The notes beneath the pieces were generated by a model. The model ran no database searches, was not told the origin of the DNA, and saw only the letters and a list, made by a program, of their open reading frames with translations. A stretch of 64,000 bases of DNA. Source: Alphaproteobacteria bacterium (GTDB lineage Bacteria; Pseudomonadota; Alphaproteobacteria; Rickettsiales; SXRF01). This document shows, in pieces, positions 24,308-34,547 of this stretch. Made by a program: the position numbers and the translations under genes. Every line of letters starts with the position of its first letter. Within the stretch, counting starts at the first letter, position 1. The stretch spans positions 20,261 to 84,260 of the forward strand of contig JBDHUC010000006.1 of assembly GCA_039808985.1 (NCBI GenBank). Direction: 5' to 3'.

Positions 24308-25057
24308 ATGAAGATATTAGTCCCGGTAAAGCGAGTTGTGGATTATAACGTGCGTATCCGCGTCCGTGCCGATGGTTCTGGCGTTGAAACAGCGGGCGTT
24401 AAAATGTCGATGAACCCATTTGACGAAATCGCGGTTGAAGAAGCTGTAAGGCTGAAAGAAAAAGGCATAGCCAGCGAAGTGGTGGCAATTTCAATGGGAG
24501 TTGATGCCGCGCAGGAAGTTTTGCGCTCGGCTATTGCAATGGGGGCCGATAGGGCAATCCTGGTTTCCAGCGATGACGAAATTCAGCCGCTGGGGGCGGC
24601 AAAAATCCTTGCTAAGCTGGTTGAGCAGGAAAAGCCGCAGCTAGTAATTATAGGCAAGCAGGCTATTGATGATGACGCCAACCAGACCGGGCAGATGCTT
24701 GCAGGGTTGCTGGGCTGGGGGCAGGGGACATTTGCCTCTAAAGTAATTATAGAAAATAATTCTGCGCTGGTAACGCGGGAAATTGATGGTGGGCTTATGA
24801 CTGTGAAGCTTGCGCTTCCCGCAGTTATCAGCACCGACCTGCGCCTTAACGAGCCGCGCTATGCAACTCTTCCAAACATAATGAAAGCACGCTCAAAGCC
24901 GCTTGCTAAACTAGCGGTTGCAGAGCTTGGCGTGGATATTACCCCGCGCATTAAACATCTGAAATATGAAGAGCCAAAGAAACGCACTGGCGGCGGAAAA
25001 GTTGCAAGCGTTGCGGAACTGGTCGATAAGCTTAAAAATGAGGCGAAGGTAATATGA
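24308..25057 (+). CDS. etfB: electron transfer flavoprotein beta subunit
   Basis: 249 aa. [19 protein letters not shown]... is a classic EtfB N-terminus. Confidence 0.92.
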   Translation: MKILVPVKRVVDYNVRIRVRADGSGVETAGVKMSMNPFDEIAVEEAVRLKEKGIASEVVAISMGVDAAQEVLRSAIAMGADRAILVSSDDEIQPLGAAKILAKLVEQEKPQLVIIGKQAIDDDANQTGQMLAGLLGWGQGTFASKVIIENNSALVTREIDGGLMTVKLALPAVISTDLRLNEPRYATLPNIMKARSKPLAKLAVAELGVDITPRIKHLKYEEPKKRTGGGKVASVAELVDKLKNEAKVI

Positions 25058-25986
25058 GCGTTCTTATTTTTGCCGAGCATAATAACCAGTCATTGCACCC
25101 ATCCACCCGACACGCAGTAACAGCGGCGCTGGAGCTTGGTGGTGAAATACATATTCTGGTTGCTGGTTCCAATGCTTCTTCAGTAAGCAATGAGGCTGCA
25201 AAAATTGCTGGGGTTAAAAAAATACTATATTCCGATGCACCGCATTATTCATACCCTCTGGCGGAAAATATGGCGCCGCTTTTAGCATCAGTTGCCAAAA
25301 ACTATTCGCACATAATTGCAACCGCTACCACAACGGGTAAGGATATTATGCCGCGCCTTGCCGCCTTGCTTGACATGTCGCAGGTGTCAGAAATCATAAA
25401 AATAATTTCACCAGATACATTCGTTCGCCCAATTTATGCAGGCAATGCGCTTGAAACGGTGCAAAGCGATGATGAGATAAAAATAATAACCCTGCGCCAG
25501 ACCGCTTTTGCCCCTGCGCCAGATGGCAGCAATGCTGTTGTTGAAAGTCTTGCGGCTTTCCCTGCCGGTGAGCTTTCAAGTTTTGTGGAACTTAAGGAAA
25601 ATAAGTCCGAACGGCCAGAGCTTACCTCAGCGCGTATCGTAGTTTCCGGTGGCCGTGGTTTTGGCTCTGCTGAGAATTTCAAAAAGCTGGAAAAGCTTGC
25701 ATCTATTCTGGGGGCCGGGATCGGGGCTTCGCGCGCGGCGGTGGATGCGGGTTACGTGCCTAACGACTACCAGGTTGGGCAGACTGGTAAAGTGGTAGCG
25801 CCCGACCTTTATATAGCTATTGGAATATCTGGCGCAATACAGCATCTTGCTGGCATGAAAGACAGTAAGGTTATCGTTGCCATCAATAAAGATGAAAATG
25901 CTCCGATTTTTGAAATAGCTGATTATGGGCTGGTTGCCCAGTGGCAGGATGCCTTGCCGGAGCTTGAAAAGCTGCTATCCAGCTAA
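25054..25986 (+). CDS. etfA: electron transfer flavoprotein alpha subunit
   Basis: 310 aa. FAD-binding C-terminal motif [19 protein letters not shown]. Overlaps the etfB stop. Confidence 0.92.
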   Translation: MSVLIFAEHNNQSLHPSTRHAVTAALELGGEIHILVAGSNASSVSNEAAKIAGVKKILYSDAPHYSYPLAENMAPLLASVAKNYSHIIATATTTGKDIMPRLAALLDMSQVSEIIKIISPDTFVRPIYAGNALETVQSDDEIKIITLRQTAFAPAPDGSNAVVESLAAFPAGELSSFVELKENKSERPELTSARIVVSGGRGFGSAENFKKLEKLASILGAGIGASRAAVDAGYVPNDYQVGQTGKVVAPDLYIAIGISGAIQHLAGMKDSKVIVAINKDENAPIFEIADYGLVAQWQDALPELEKLLSS

Positions 25987-26164
25987 ATATCTGCCTTAAA
26001 TAGCAGAAAAAGCTGGTAATGCTCCTATCCCGAAAAGATTTTTTCTTTATTTTCATGCTGTTAAAAGCTACACTGCTCTAGGTTCTGCCTACATTCAAAA
26101 AAGATAGCAAGTTAGGGTTTGAATGCCGATAGAATCTAAGCGAGGGAATTTTTAATAGGATGAT

Positions 26165-27763
26165 ATGGATGACTTTCCACAAATAGCGATTGCCCAGGTA
26201 AATTTTACGGTTGGCGATATAGCAGGAAACTGCGCCAAAATAATTGACGCCTGGGAAAATGCCAGTAGAAGCGGAGCAGGACTTGTTGTATTCCCTGAAT
26301 TATGCATAACTGGCTATTCCCCTCAGGATCTGGTCCTGATGCCGGATTTTCGCAAAAAGGCAATGCATGCAGCGCAGGATATTGTAAGCAAAACTGCTTC
26401 TGGCGCAGCGATAATCCTTGGGTGCGTCTGGGAAGCGGAAAATAAAATCTATAATGCTGCCATCCTGATAGACGGCGGGAAAATACTGCATATTCAGCAT
26501 AAAACCATACTTCCCAATTATGGTGTGTTTGATGAAAAACGCCTGTTTACACCTGGTGAAGGAACGCAGCCTGTAGTCTGGCGCGGTCATAAGATAGCTA
26601 TTTTAGTATGCGAGGATTTGTGGGATGAAGCCCATGTAAGAAAGCTTAAAAATCAGGGGATAGAAGCTGTTTTTGTAATTAATGCATCACCGTTTGAAGT
26701 TGGGAAGTATGGCCGCAGGCTACAGCTTGCAAAGAATACTGCGTATGAAATAAAAGCGCCATTATATTATGTAAATCTTGTCGGTGGCCAGGATGAGACA
26801 GTATTTGATGGCGGCTCATTTGTTGCGGGTAAAGATGGAGAGATAATCTCTGAATTTCCGCGCTTTGCCGGGCTTGTAGCCCTTACGGCAAAGGCTCAGG
26901 CAAAGGAATCCGCAAATGATAACGAGATATGGGGCGCCATGCGACTTGGGCTTGCCGATTATGTTTCTAAAAATGGCTTTCCCAGGGTTTTGCTTGGGTT
27001 GTCTGGCGGCATTGATTCGGCACTTACGGCGGCCCTGGCTGTTGATGCTCTGGGCGCGGATAATGTCATGGGCGTGCTTATGCCATCGCCATACAGTTCA
27101 AAAGGCAGCATAGATGATGCAAAGGAAAGCGCAAAACTTCTTGGCATTCAAACGAAAACTATTCCAATAAATTCAGGCATGGAAGCATTCGAGAAATTGC
27201 TTACTTCTGAATTTGGGAAAACAGGATGGATGGAAAATGCGGAAATAGGCGGTAATCTTCAGGCCCGGCTGCGAGCTATCATACTTATGGGGCTTTCCAA
27301 TAATTATGGCAGCCTGCTTTTATCAACCGGCAATAAATCTGAAATCGCGGTTGGATATTCAACACTTTATGGCGATTCCTGCGGCGCTTATAATGTGCTT
27401 AAGGATATTTATAAAACACAGGTGTATGAGCTTGCTAACTGGCGCAACTCCAGGTCACCTGCTATTCCTGTAAATAGTATCAGCAAAGCGCCATCGGCAG
27501 AACTGAAGCCCAACCAGCGGGATGATGACAATCTTCCCCCTTATGATATTCTTGATGATATACTCAAAAAACATATAGAAGGAAGAATGGGCGGAGAGGA
27601 AATTGTTGTGTCGGGGCATGATAAGGCGGTAGTGGCAAAAGTCCTGCGCCTTGTACGCCTGTCGGAATATAAGCGTAGCCAATCCTGTCCTGGTGTTAAA
27701 ATTTCTTCTATGCTTTTTGGAAAAGACCGTCGCTATCCTATTACCAATGGGTTTTTAACATGA
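26165..27763 (+). CDS. nadE: glutamine-dependent NAD+ synthetase
   Basis: 532 aa. N-terminal nitrilase/CN-hydrolase domain (VFPELCITGY, ILVCEDLW) plus the C-terminal synthetase P-loop GLSGGIDSAL. Confidence 0.9.
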   Translation: MDDFPQIAIAQVNFTVGDIAGNCAKIIDAWENASRSGAGLVVFPELCITGYSPQDLVLMPDFRKKAMHAAQDIVSKTASGAAIILGCVWEAENKIYNAAILIDGGKILHIQHKTILPNYGVFDEKRLFTPGEGTQPVVWRGHKIAILVCEDLWDEAHVRKLKNQGIEAVFVINASPFEVGKYGRRLQLAKNTAYEIKAPLYYVNLVGGQDETVFDGGSFVAGKDGEIISEFPRFAGLVALTAKAQAKESANDNEIWGAMRLGLADYVSKNGFPRVLLGLSGGIDSALTAALAVDALGADNVMGVLMPSPYSSKGSIDDAKESAKLLGIQTKTIPINSGMEAFEKLLTSEFGKTGWMENAEIGGNLQARLRAIILMGLSNNYGSLLLSTGNKSEIAVGYSTLYGDSCGAYNVLKDIYKTQVYELANWRNSRSPAIPVNSISKAPSAELKPNQRDDDNLPPYDILDDILKKHIEGRMGGEEIVVSGHDKAVVAKVLRLVRLSEYKRSQSCPGVKISSMLFGKDRRYPITNGFLT

Positions 27764-29235
27764 ATATGAAAATACAGAAATATTTGCCAACACCCATGAT
27801 ACTTCTGGCATTTTTGCTGAGTTTTACGACTATCTATGCTGTTGGTTCTCCTATTTTACAGGATAATGATATTGGTTGGCACATTGCCGCTGGTGATCTT
27901 ATTCGCGCTCAGGGGTCGCTTCCTGAATATAACACCTGGTCTTTCACTAGTGGCGACCAGGTATGGTATAATCTTTCATGGCTTTGGGATATAGTATTAA
28001 GCTTTGTTGATAGTAAAGCCGGTGTTGAAGGTCTATTCATATTCGCTATTTTCTGTCCGGCATTATTGGTTGCATTGCTTCTTTCAAGCCTGCGTAAACG
28101 TTATGTGCTTGGCAATAACGCGCTTATATTTATGGGCATGATTACAACTTATTGCATGTTGGAATTTGCTAATTCCCGCCCACAGATAGTGGGTATGTTT
28201 TTCGCGCTTGCCTTCCACCATATACTGCATATGAACCGGCCAGCTACCGCTAGCAAAAACAGCGCGAAGCTATTATTTATACTTCCTTTGCTGACTGTAT
28301 TATGGGTTAATATCCATGGAAGTTTTTTTGTGTCATTTATAATTTTAGGCGCATTTGGCCTGGAATCTATTTATTACAGGCAGCATAAATGGCTTGCCAG
28401 ATTGCTTATGGTAAGTTCTGCATGTGTTTTATCATTACTTATAAATCCATATGGCATACATGTAATAGATGCGGTGTTACGCACTACCAACAGCGTAATA
28501 GCCAAATATATAATGGAATGGCAGCCATTCGTATTTGGCAATATACTTGGCGCTTCAATATGGATAATGTCATTTATCTGCCTGAGCAACTTAAAAGGCA
28601 GCAAAGCGACAATTGCCGATAAGATACTTGCTATAATGTGGCTTGTCGCGACATTTTTTTCCGTAAGGAATTTAGAATTTCTGGTTATATTGGGCGCTCC
28701 GTACCTGGCAAGCAACCTTCCTGCTGATAATGAAAAAGACAGCAATACAAGGAAGCTCGCCGTATGGATAAACAACATAAAGTTTTCACCCGCTATTATA
28801 GCTGTGATTATGTTGGTTATTCCGGTTTTCTACATATTCCTGCCCTTTTTAGGGCCAGAGCATTATAAATATAAGGCCGATGAATCTCCGGTTCCGGCTA
28901 TTGAGTTTGTCATGCAGAATTATCCTGGCAAACACCTGTTAAATGATTATGACCTTGGCGGTAAGATTATATATGAAAGCAAGGGCAGGCTGCCGGTATT
29001 TGTAGATGGCAGGGCTGGTACTGCCTATAGTGAAAAAACACTTACGGATTTCCTTAGCTTTTTTGATCTGAATAATGACTGGCAGAAAACTATAGAGTCA
29101 TACGATATAGATTTGATTATGGTTACCAATTATTCGGGTTTTTCTAAGGCCTACGAGCGTGGTTCTTACCATGATTCCTGGCAGCAGGTATTCCATGACA
29201 AGGTGATAAGTATATATGCAAAAAAAGATAGGTAA
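27760..29235 (+). CDS. polytopic membrane protein of unknown function (~11-12 TM plus a C-terminal soluble domain; GT-C-like layout)
   Basis: 491 aa. The start overlaps the nadE stop (ATGA). Conserved HIAAGDLIR near TM1. The C-terminal ~130 aa are hydrophilic. Confidence 0.5.
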   Translation: MNMKIQKYLPTPMILLAFLLSFTTIYAVGSPILQDNDIGWHIAAGDLIRAQGSLPEYNTWSFTSGDQVWYNLSWLWDIVLSFVDSKAGVEGLFIFAIFCPALLVALLLSSLRKRYVLGNNALIFMGMITTYCMLEFANSRPQIVGMFFALAFHHILHMNRPATASKNSAKLLFILPLLTVLWVNIHGSFFVSFIILGAFGLESIYYRQHKWLARLLMVSSACVLSLLINPYGIHVIDAVLRTTNSVIAKYIMEWQPFVFGNILGASIWIMSFICLSNLKGSKATIADKILAIMWLVATFFSVRNLEFLVILGAPYLASNLPADNEKDSNTRKLAVWINNIKFSPAIIAVIMLVIPVFYIFLPFLGPEHYKYKADESPVPAIEFVMQNYPGKHLLNDYDLGGKIIYESKGRLPVFVDGRAGTAYSEKTLTDFLSFFDLNNDWQKTIESYDIDLIMVTNYSGFSKAYERGSYHDSWQQVFHDKVISIYAKKDR

Positions 29236-29256
29236 GTGGCGTTATTGTAATTAAAT

Positions 29257-30714
29257 ATGGAAAAAATCACAAAATATTTGCCAACTCCTCTTATATTATT
29301 GGCATTCCTGATAAGCTTCATTGTTATTTATGCAGTTGGCTCGCCTATATTGCAGGATAACGATATGGGCTGGCATATAGCTGCCGGTGATTTGATACGC
29401 TCCCTTGGTTATCTGCCCCATCACGATATATGGTCATTTTCTGGCAGCGAGCAGGAGTGGTATAATCATTCATGGTTATGGGATATAATATTAAGCTTCG
29501 TCCATGAGAAAATCGGATTGGAGGGGCTGTTTATTTTTACTGTGGCATGTCCTTCATTGCTGGTAGCTTTCTTGTTGCAAAGCCTGTGCCTGCGTCGAGA
29601 AACAGGGGTTAACGCCCTTATTTTTATTGGCATGATAACCACATACTGCATGCTTGAATTTGCAACCGGAAGGCCGCAACTGGCAGGGCTTTTCTTTGCG
29701 CTTGCTTTCAACCATATACTAAGTGGAACGAGGAATGGCAATAATAGCCGGAGCCTTTATTCCCTTCCACTTATAATGTTATTATGGGTAAATATCCACG
29801 CCAGTTTTATAGCCGGATTTATTATAATCGGGGCTTATGGGCTGGAAGCGATTTATATTAAAAACAAATTATGGTTCTGGAGATTATTTGCAACAGGCCT
29901 GGTATGCCTGCTTACTGTTTTTGTAAACCCTTACGGTATAAACCTGATAACTTTTATAATAAGCGTAAAAAACAGTGTTATTACGAAATATATCAATGAG
30001 TGGAGCCCGTTTGTATTTGGAAGTGTTATAGGGGCTTCATTATGGTTTGGGGTGTTTATAATATTCAGTAATCTGCGTGGTAAAAATTCTTTTATAGCGG
30101 ATAAGATACTTGTGGTTTTCTGGCTATTTGCCATGATGTTTTCAGTGCGCAATATTGGCATTCTTTCTATACTGGGTGCGCCATACCTTGTTGCTAACCT
30201 GCCTCCTGATAACAAGGATAATGGAAATACACGCAAGCTTGCAATCTGGATTAACAACAAGCAGTTTTCACCTGAAATAATGGCTGCGATACCAGTAATT
30301 ATGGCAATTTGCTATTTTATATTGCCAGTTCTAGGTTCAGGACATTATGTGGAAAAGAATGAAAAAGCCGTCTTGCCTGCTATAAACTATGTTTTGAAAA
30401 ATTATCCTACAAAGCGCATATTCAATGATTATGACGTTGGCGGAAGGATGATTTATGAAAGCAAAGGCCAGCTTCCGGTTTTTATTGATGGGCGGGCGGG
30501 TAGCGTTTACACAGAGAAGATTCTCCATGATTTCATAACGGTTTATTCCCTTGAAGAAGGCTGGCAGAAAATACTGGATTCCTATAAAATTGATGTAATC
30601 CTGTTAAAGAATGATCGGCCATTTCCTGTGAACTATGCCAATGGATACTACCATGATAAATGGGATGAGGTATTCCACGATGATGTAGCAAGTATATACG
30701 TCAGGAAAAATTGA
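29257..30714 (+). CDS. paralog of 27760-29235 (polytopic membrane protein)
   Basis: 485 aa, colinear with the upstream copy (for example PILQDND.GWHIAAGDLIR, LPVF.DGRAG). Confidence 0.5.
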   Translation: MEKITKYLPTPLILLAFLISFIVIYAVGSPILQDNDMGWHIAAGDLIRSLGYLPHHDIWSFSGSEQEWYNHSWLWDIILSFVHEKIGLEGLFIFTVACPSLLVAFLLQSLCLRRETGVNALIFIGMITTYCMLEFATGRPQLAGLFFALAFNHILSGTRNGNNSRSLYSLPLIMLLWVNIHASFIAGFIIIGAYGLEAIYIKNKLWFWRLFATGLVCLLTVFVNPYGINLITFIISVKNSVITKYINEWSPFVFGSVIGASLWFGVFIIFSNLRGKNSFIADKILVVFWLFAMMFSVRNIGILSILGAPYLVANLPPDNKDNGNTRKLAIWINNKQFSPEIMAAIPVIMAICYFILPVLGSGHYVEKNEKAVLPAINYVLKNYPTKRIFNDYDVGGRMIYESKGQLPVFIDGRAGSVYTEKILHDFITVYSLEEGWQKILDSYKIDVILLKNDRPFPVNYANGYYHDKWDEVFHDDVASIYVRKN

Positions 30715-31918
30715 TCTTCATATCCGAAACAATGCACGGATAGCAGAACTTTACTTCATTTGATTTTTCTGCAGCCAAAGGCCATGGCCCTACAGCCGGA
30801 TCTTTATCGTAAAGTATTCCTGATTTGCTGAAGAATATTCCAGAAAAATCGAAAGCTGCGCGAAAAATCGCACCTGATGGCTTTGCAACTGCCACAATTT
30901 GCCCGGCTTTTATCGCTTCCATTTCGTCATATTGGTATTCTTCAATTATTCCATCCTTTTCCCTGGCCATAAATATGTGGTCGCCAGCAAGCAATTCTCC
31001 TTCGTGCAGAAGATCGGCATAAGTTATACGAGGTTGCACACTGTAACGCGTAAACATGCCATTGTCATTTTCATCAAAAGGATGAACGTCGGTAATACCC
31101 TGGTTAAATAAGGTCGCAAGCGCAAAAGCGGCGGCAACATAAGGGGATTTCGGGTCTTCATGCCTTCCGGCTTCAATTCCTGTCTGGCAGGTTATATTAG
31201 CCAGAGGGTGCAGAATTGTTTTTAATGTCTGCACTGTCACGGTTTTAGAGGCATTAGCGGAAATGGCTTCAGCCAGTTCAGTAAGTATTGCCCTGATTGG
31301 GCTATGTTTCAGGTCATTGTCGTTTTTATGGTCGGTGATGCAGGTCATATTGCCGCGTGCCGAGTGTATGTCCAGTATTCCAGAAATATTCTGGCCAACT
31401 ATATATAACTCCCGCGACCTTTTTATATGTTCTGAATTATCATTGCGCGTCATAAAATCCACAGCTATGCGGTTTCCATCTGGAAGCAGCTCCCCGTTTT
31501 CTGCAAGACCGCAGCGGAAGGCATCGCGGGTTTCCTGTCGCGCCTGCGGGTTTTTTTCAAGTTCTTCAAAATATTGCCTTGCTGCCAGAGGGTTTCCTAT
31601 AATGGCTATAACGTCTTTCTTAAGCATGCCGGCCTGTGAAAGAGCTATAGCCATGGCTATTCCGGCAAGCCCGGCCGGTTCATTGCCATGTAGCTGGGCA
31701 AGAATTGCAAATGGCTTGTCATTGTCGTTTCGGCTGCCTTTTAAGAATATAGCTGCTGGAATGTTTTTTCCGGCAATTGTAATATTGCTTTTTTGTACGT
31801 AGTCATGAATAATTTTAAGGTCGGCCAGGGCCAGCGTTTTGGAAAAAAACTTATCGCGAAAAATATCTGTGTTCGACATTTGCGCAAAATCATAGTTATA
31901 TACAGCTTTTAGAGGCAT
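30701..31918 (-). CDS. succinylglutamate desuccinylase/aspartoacylase (AstE/AspA, M14-like) family protein
   Basis: Zinc-binding context AQLHGNEPAG and LDIHSA. The start is uncertain (ATG at 31918 or 31879; the 31993 extension was rejected). Confidence 0.6.
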   Translation of the reverse strand: MPLKAVYNYDFAQMSNTDIFRDKFFSKTLALADLKIIHDYVQKSNITIAGKNIPAAIFLKGSRNDNDKPFAILAQLHGNEPAGLAGIAMAIALSQAGMLKKDVIAIIGNPLAARQYFEELEKNPQARQETRDAFRCGLAENGELLPDGNRIAVDFMTRNDNSEHIKRSRELYIVGQNISGILDIHSARGNMTCITDHKNDNDLKHSPIRAILTELAEAISANASKTVTVQTLKTILHPLANITCQTGIEAGRHEDPKSPYVAAAFALATLFNQGITDVHPFDENDNGMFTRYSVQPRITYADLLHEGELLAGDHIFMAREKDGIIEEYQYDEMEAIKAGQIVAVAKPSGAIFRAAFDFSGIFFSKSGILYDKDPAVGPWPLAAEKSNEVKFCYPCIVSDMKINFS

Positions 31919-31924
31919 TTTATA

Positions 31925-33217
31925 GTGAACCTTGCAAAAAATATTGGCGCCCAGGAAGTTATCTTTATCGGCTTGCCGGGAAATACCCATCATTATGGCG
32001 GCCTTTCAGGCGATAATGTTGCTTCCAGCTTAAATCGCGGCAGCGAGTCTAGCCCAAGGCAGGCGGCTTTGCAAGCTATTGCGCTTGCGCGTTATTTAAT
32101 CTCTCTGGGTATTGCCACTGCTATTTTGCCGCCGCAACTTCGTCCTGATCTGGATGCCTTACATAAAGCTGGTTATGATATTGAAAATGCGCCGCTTAAT
32201 ATATTGGAACAGGTTTCCTCATCCTCATTCATGTGGGCCGCCAACGCCGCAACCGTTACGCCTGGTTGGGACAGCAGCGATAACAAACTGCATTTGACTA
32301 TTGCCAACCTGCATACCAATCCGCATAGGCGGATAGAAGCGCACAATACCTATAACATAATGAGGCAGATATTTGCCCATGTGCCGAATGCGGAGGTTCA
32401 TGAGCCATTAGATGCGGATAAAGGCTTCCTGGATGAGGGTGCTGCCAACCATATGTTGCTTGCGCCAGGCCATATGGAAAAAGGCCTGCATGTGTTTGTT
32501 TACGGCAAAAGGCAGAATCTTGAAGCTTCGCAGGCAATTGCAGCTAACCATAAAATTCCCAATGGGCAGGTTTTATTTTTAGAGCAGGATCCGGAAGTTA
32601 TAAAAAAAGGCGTATTCCATAATGACGTAATAGCAGTAAGCAATGAAAACCTGCTGCTTGTACATGAGCGTGCGTATATAAATGGGAGAGATGACATTGC
32701 CAGGATAGAAGCTGCTTATCACGCACTCCATCCAGGCGATAAGCTACAGGTAATTATTATAAGTGATGATGATTTAAGCGTGGAAGAAGCGGTTTATAGC
32801 TATTTTTTCAATAGCCAGATATTGACCAAACCTGGTGGGAAAATGGCGGTAATAGCTCCGGTGGAACTTAAAAATCTGTTTGGCGGCAAAGCGGCGGCTC
32901 TTATGGAGAAAGTCGGAGCGCATTATAATAATAAAATTGATGAAATAACTTATCTTGATTTAAAGCAGAGTATGCGTAATGGCGGTGGCCCTGCCTGCCT
33001 CCGTCTGCGAATCCCGCTTGCGCAGGATTCAATATCTGAACTTAAAGCAAGCGTCAGGGTGATTGCTGATGAAGAAATGCTCCGGGAATTGGAGAAAATG
33101 GTTGAAAAATACTACCCGGATAAATTAATTCCTCAAGGCTTGCGAAGCGCCGAAATTTATAATAACTGCAGGGAGTTTTTAGAAGGTCTTTCCGGGCTTG
33201 TGCGTATAAAAATATAA
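31925..33217 (+). CDS. astB: N-succinylarginine dihydrolase
   Basis: 430 aa with a GTG start. The N-terminus EVIFIGLPGNTHHYGGLSGDNVAS matches the AstB signature (…GLVGPTHNYAGLSFGNVAS). C-terminus NGGGPACLRLR. Confidence 0.8.
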   Translation: MNLAKNIGAQEVIFIGLPGNTHHYGGLSGDNVASSLNRGSESSPRQAALQAIALARYLISLGIATAILPPQLRPDLDALHKAGYDIENAPLNILEQVSSSSFMWAANAATVTPGWDSSDNKLHLTIANLHTNPHRRIEAHNTYNIMRQIFAHVPNAEVHEPLDADKGFLDEGAANHMLLAPGHMEKGLHVFVYGKRQNLEASQAIAANHKIPNGQVLFLEQDPEVIKKGVFHNDVIAVSNENLLLVHERAYINGRDDIARIEAAYHALHPGDKLQVIIISDDDLSVEEAVYSYFFNSQILTKPGGKMAVIAPVELKNLFGGKAAALMEKVGAHYNNKIDEITYLDLKQSMRNGGGPACLRLRIPLAQDSISELKASVRVIADEEMLRELEKMVEKYYPDKLIPQGLRSAEIYNNCREFLEGLSGLVRIKI

Positions 33218-33349
33218 TTATTATTTAAAATCAAAGCGTTGGGTTGGGGGGTAAAATTTCCTTGTCATAAAACTTTAACTTTATTCTAAAATTTAAAATT
33301 ATATATAGTTAGTGTACTATTTTAATAGGTTATTCGAAAGTTTATAATA

Positions 33350-33643
33350 ATGCATCTTCCATCAGTTTTGTTTATTACAGTTATCCTGACTTTGATTTTC
33401 CCGGAATTAAGCTTTGCCCAGCAGGATACCAGGATTGGTAATATGCTTTGTACGGCAACAGGGTGGGTTGACGGAAATGCAGGCCACGGGATAATAACTT
33501 TATCGGTAATTATAATGGGTATCCTTGCCCTTTTAAATAAAATATCCTGGAATATTGCCCTTCTCCATATTGTAGGCACGGCTCTCATAGTAGGAGCCAG
33601 CGCTATGGTAACAGCGCTTAATGCTGGCGGAACCGGCTGTTAA
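33350..33643 (+). CDS. TrbC/VirB2-like pilin family small membrane protein (orphan)
   Basis: 97 aa. A signal peptide ending SFA-QQ, then two hydrophobic helices with Gly/Ala-rich packing, as in T4SS pilins. Confidence 0.45.
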   Translation: MHLPSVLFITVILTLIFPELSFAQQDTRIGNMLCTATGWVDGNAGHGIITLSVIIMGILALLNKISWNIALLHIVGTALIVGASAMVTALNAGGTGC

Positions 33644-33767
33644 GGAAATATAACTATCAATAATTAAATTGATTATAATGCCGATTTGGCTATACTGCTA
33701 ATTAAACCATTGAAATACTTGGTATTGTTTGCCTGGTATTTTGGTTTCTGCATGAAAGAATTTTAAT

Positions 33768-34511
33768 ATGGCTAAAGTTTGCAGTGCTGATGTCATAAAT
33801 AATATATCCCTGTTTTCGGAAATGTCTGAGCAGGAAAAAAAATCATTGCTGCAAATATCCAGGATAAATTATCTGTCGCGGGGAAATATATTATTTCTGC
33901 AAGGCGATAAAATGAAAATTTTTCATGTCGTATATAGCGGGTCTGTGCAGATATTCCGCGAAACTATGGATGGGCATGAAATAACATCTGATATAATGGT
34001 TTCAGGGGATCCGTTATCGCTTGCTGAAATCACCGATGCTAATCCGGTTTATAAAGTCAGCGCCCGTACTGTTGAAGATACAATCCTGCTAGAAATACCG
34101 ATGGATTGGTTGCAGAATAATCTTAAAAATTTTAATGGCCTTATCTTTAAATTATTTGCCAGGATTTCCCACCGGCTGCAAAAAACCTCGTTGGAAATTG
34201 AGCGTAATTCTACCATGTCGGCCTCAGAGCTTATAGCATGCTTCTTGCATGAGTTATGCATAATTCATGATTTTGACCCAAGGGGATTCGAACTCCCGTA
34301 CAGCAAAACTCTAATAGCCTCCCGTTTGGGAATGGAGCTGGAAACTTTCTCCCGTTGCCTGCATAAGCTCAGGAATTTTGGCATTACAGTGCGCGGATCC
34401 CATGTTTCGTTATTTCCTAATTATCTTAACAATTCCAATAAAATCCACAGCGACAATGACAATATTAAATTGTCGCAAAAAAAGCTGGATATGGACAGAA
34501 TTGCGGATTAA
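33768..34511 (+). CDS. Crp/Fnr-family transcriptional regulator
   Basis: 247 aa. cNMP-binding-like beta-roll plus a C-terminal HTH with the E--SR recognition motif (LGMELETFSRCLHKL). No FNR-type N-terminal Cys cluster. Confidence 0.8.
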   Translation: MAKVCSADVINNISLFSEMSEQEKKSLLQISRINYLSRGNILFLQGDKMKIFHVVYSGSVQIFRETMDGHEITSDIMVSGDPLSLAEITDANPVYKVSARTVEDTILLEIPMDWLQNNLKNFNGLIFKLFARISHRLQKTSLEIERNSTMSASELIACFLHELCIIHDFDPRGFELPYSKTLIASRLGMELETFSRCLHKLRNFGITVRGSHVSLFPNYLNNSNKIHSDNDNIKLSQKKLDMDRIAD

Positions 34512-34547
34512 TAATTTTACATTTAATATTTGAATAATGGAGAAATT

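Noticed and set aside
31263-31802. 179-aa plus-strand ORF antisense to the AstE-like gene
   Set aside because: It is a Ser/Cys/Phe-rich antisense artefact inside a gene with clear family motifs.
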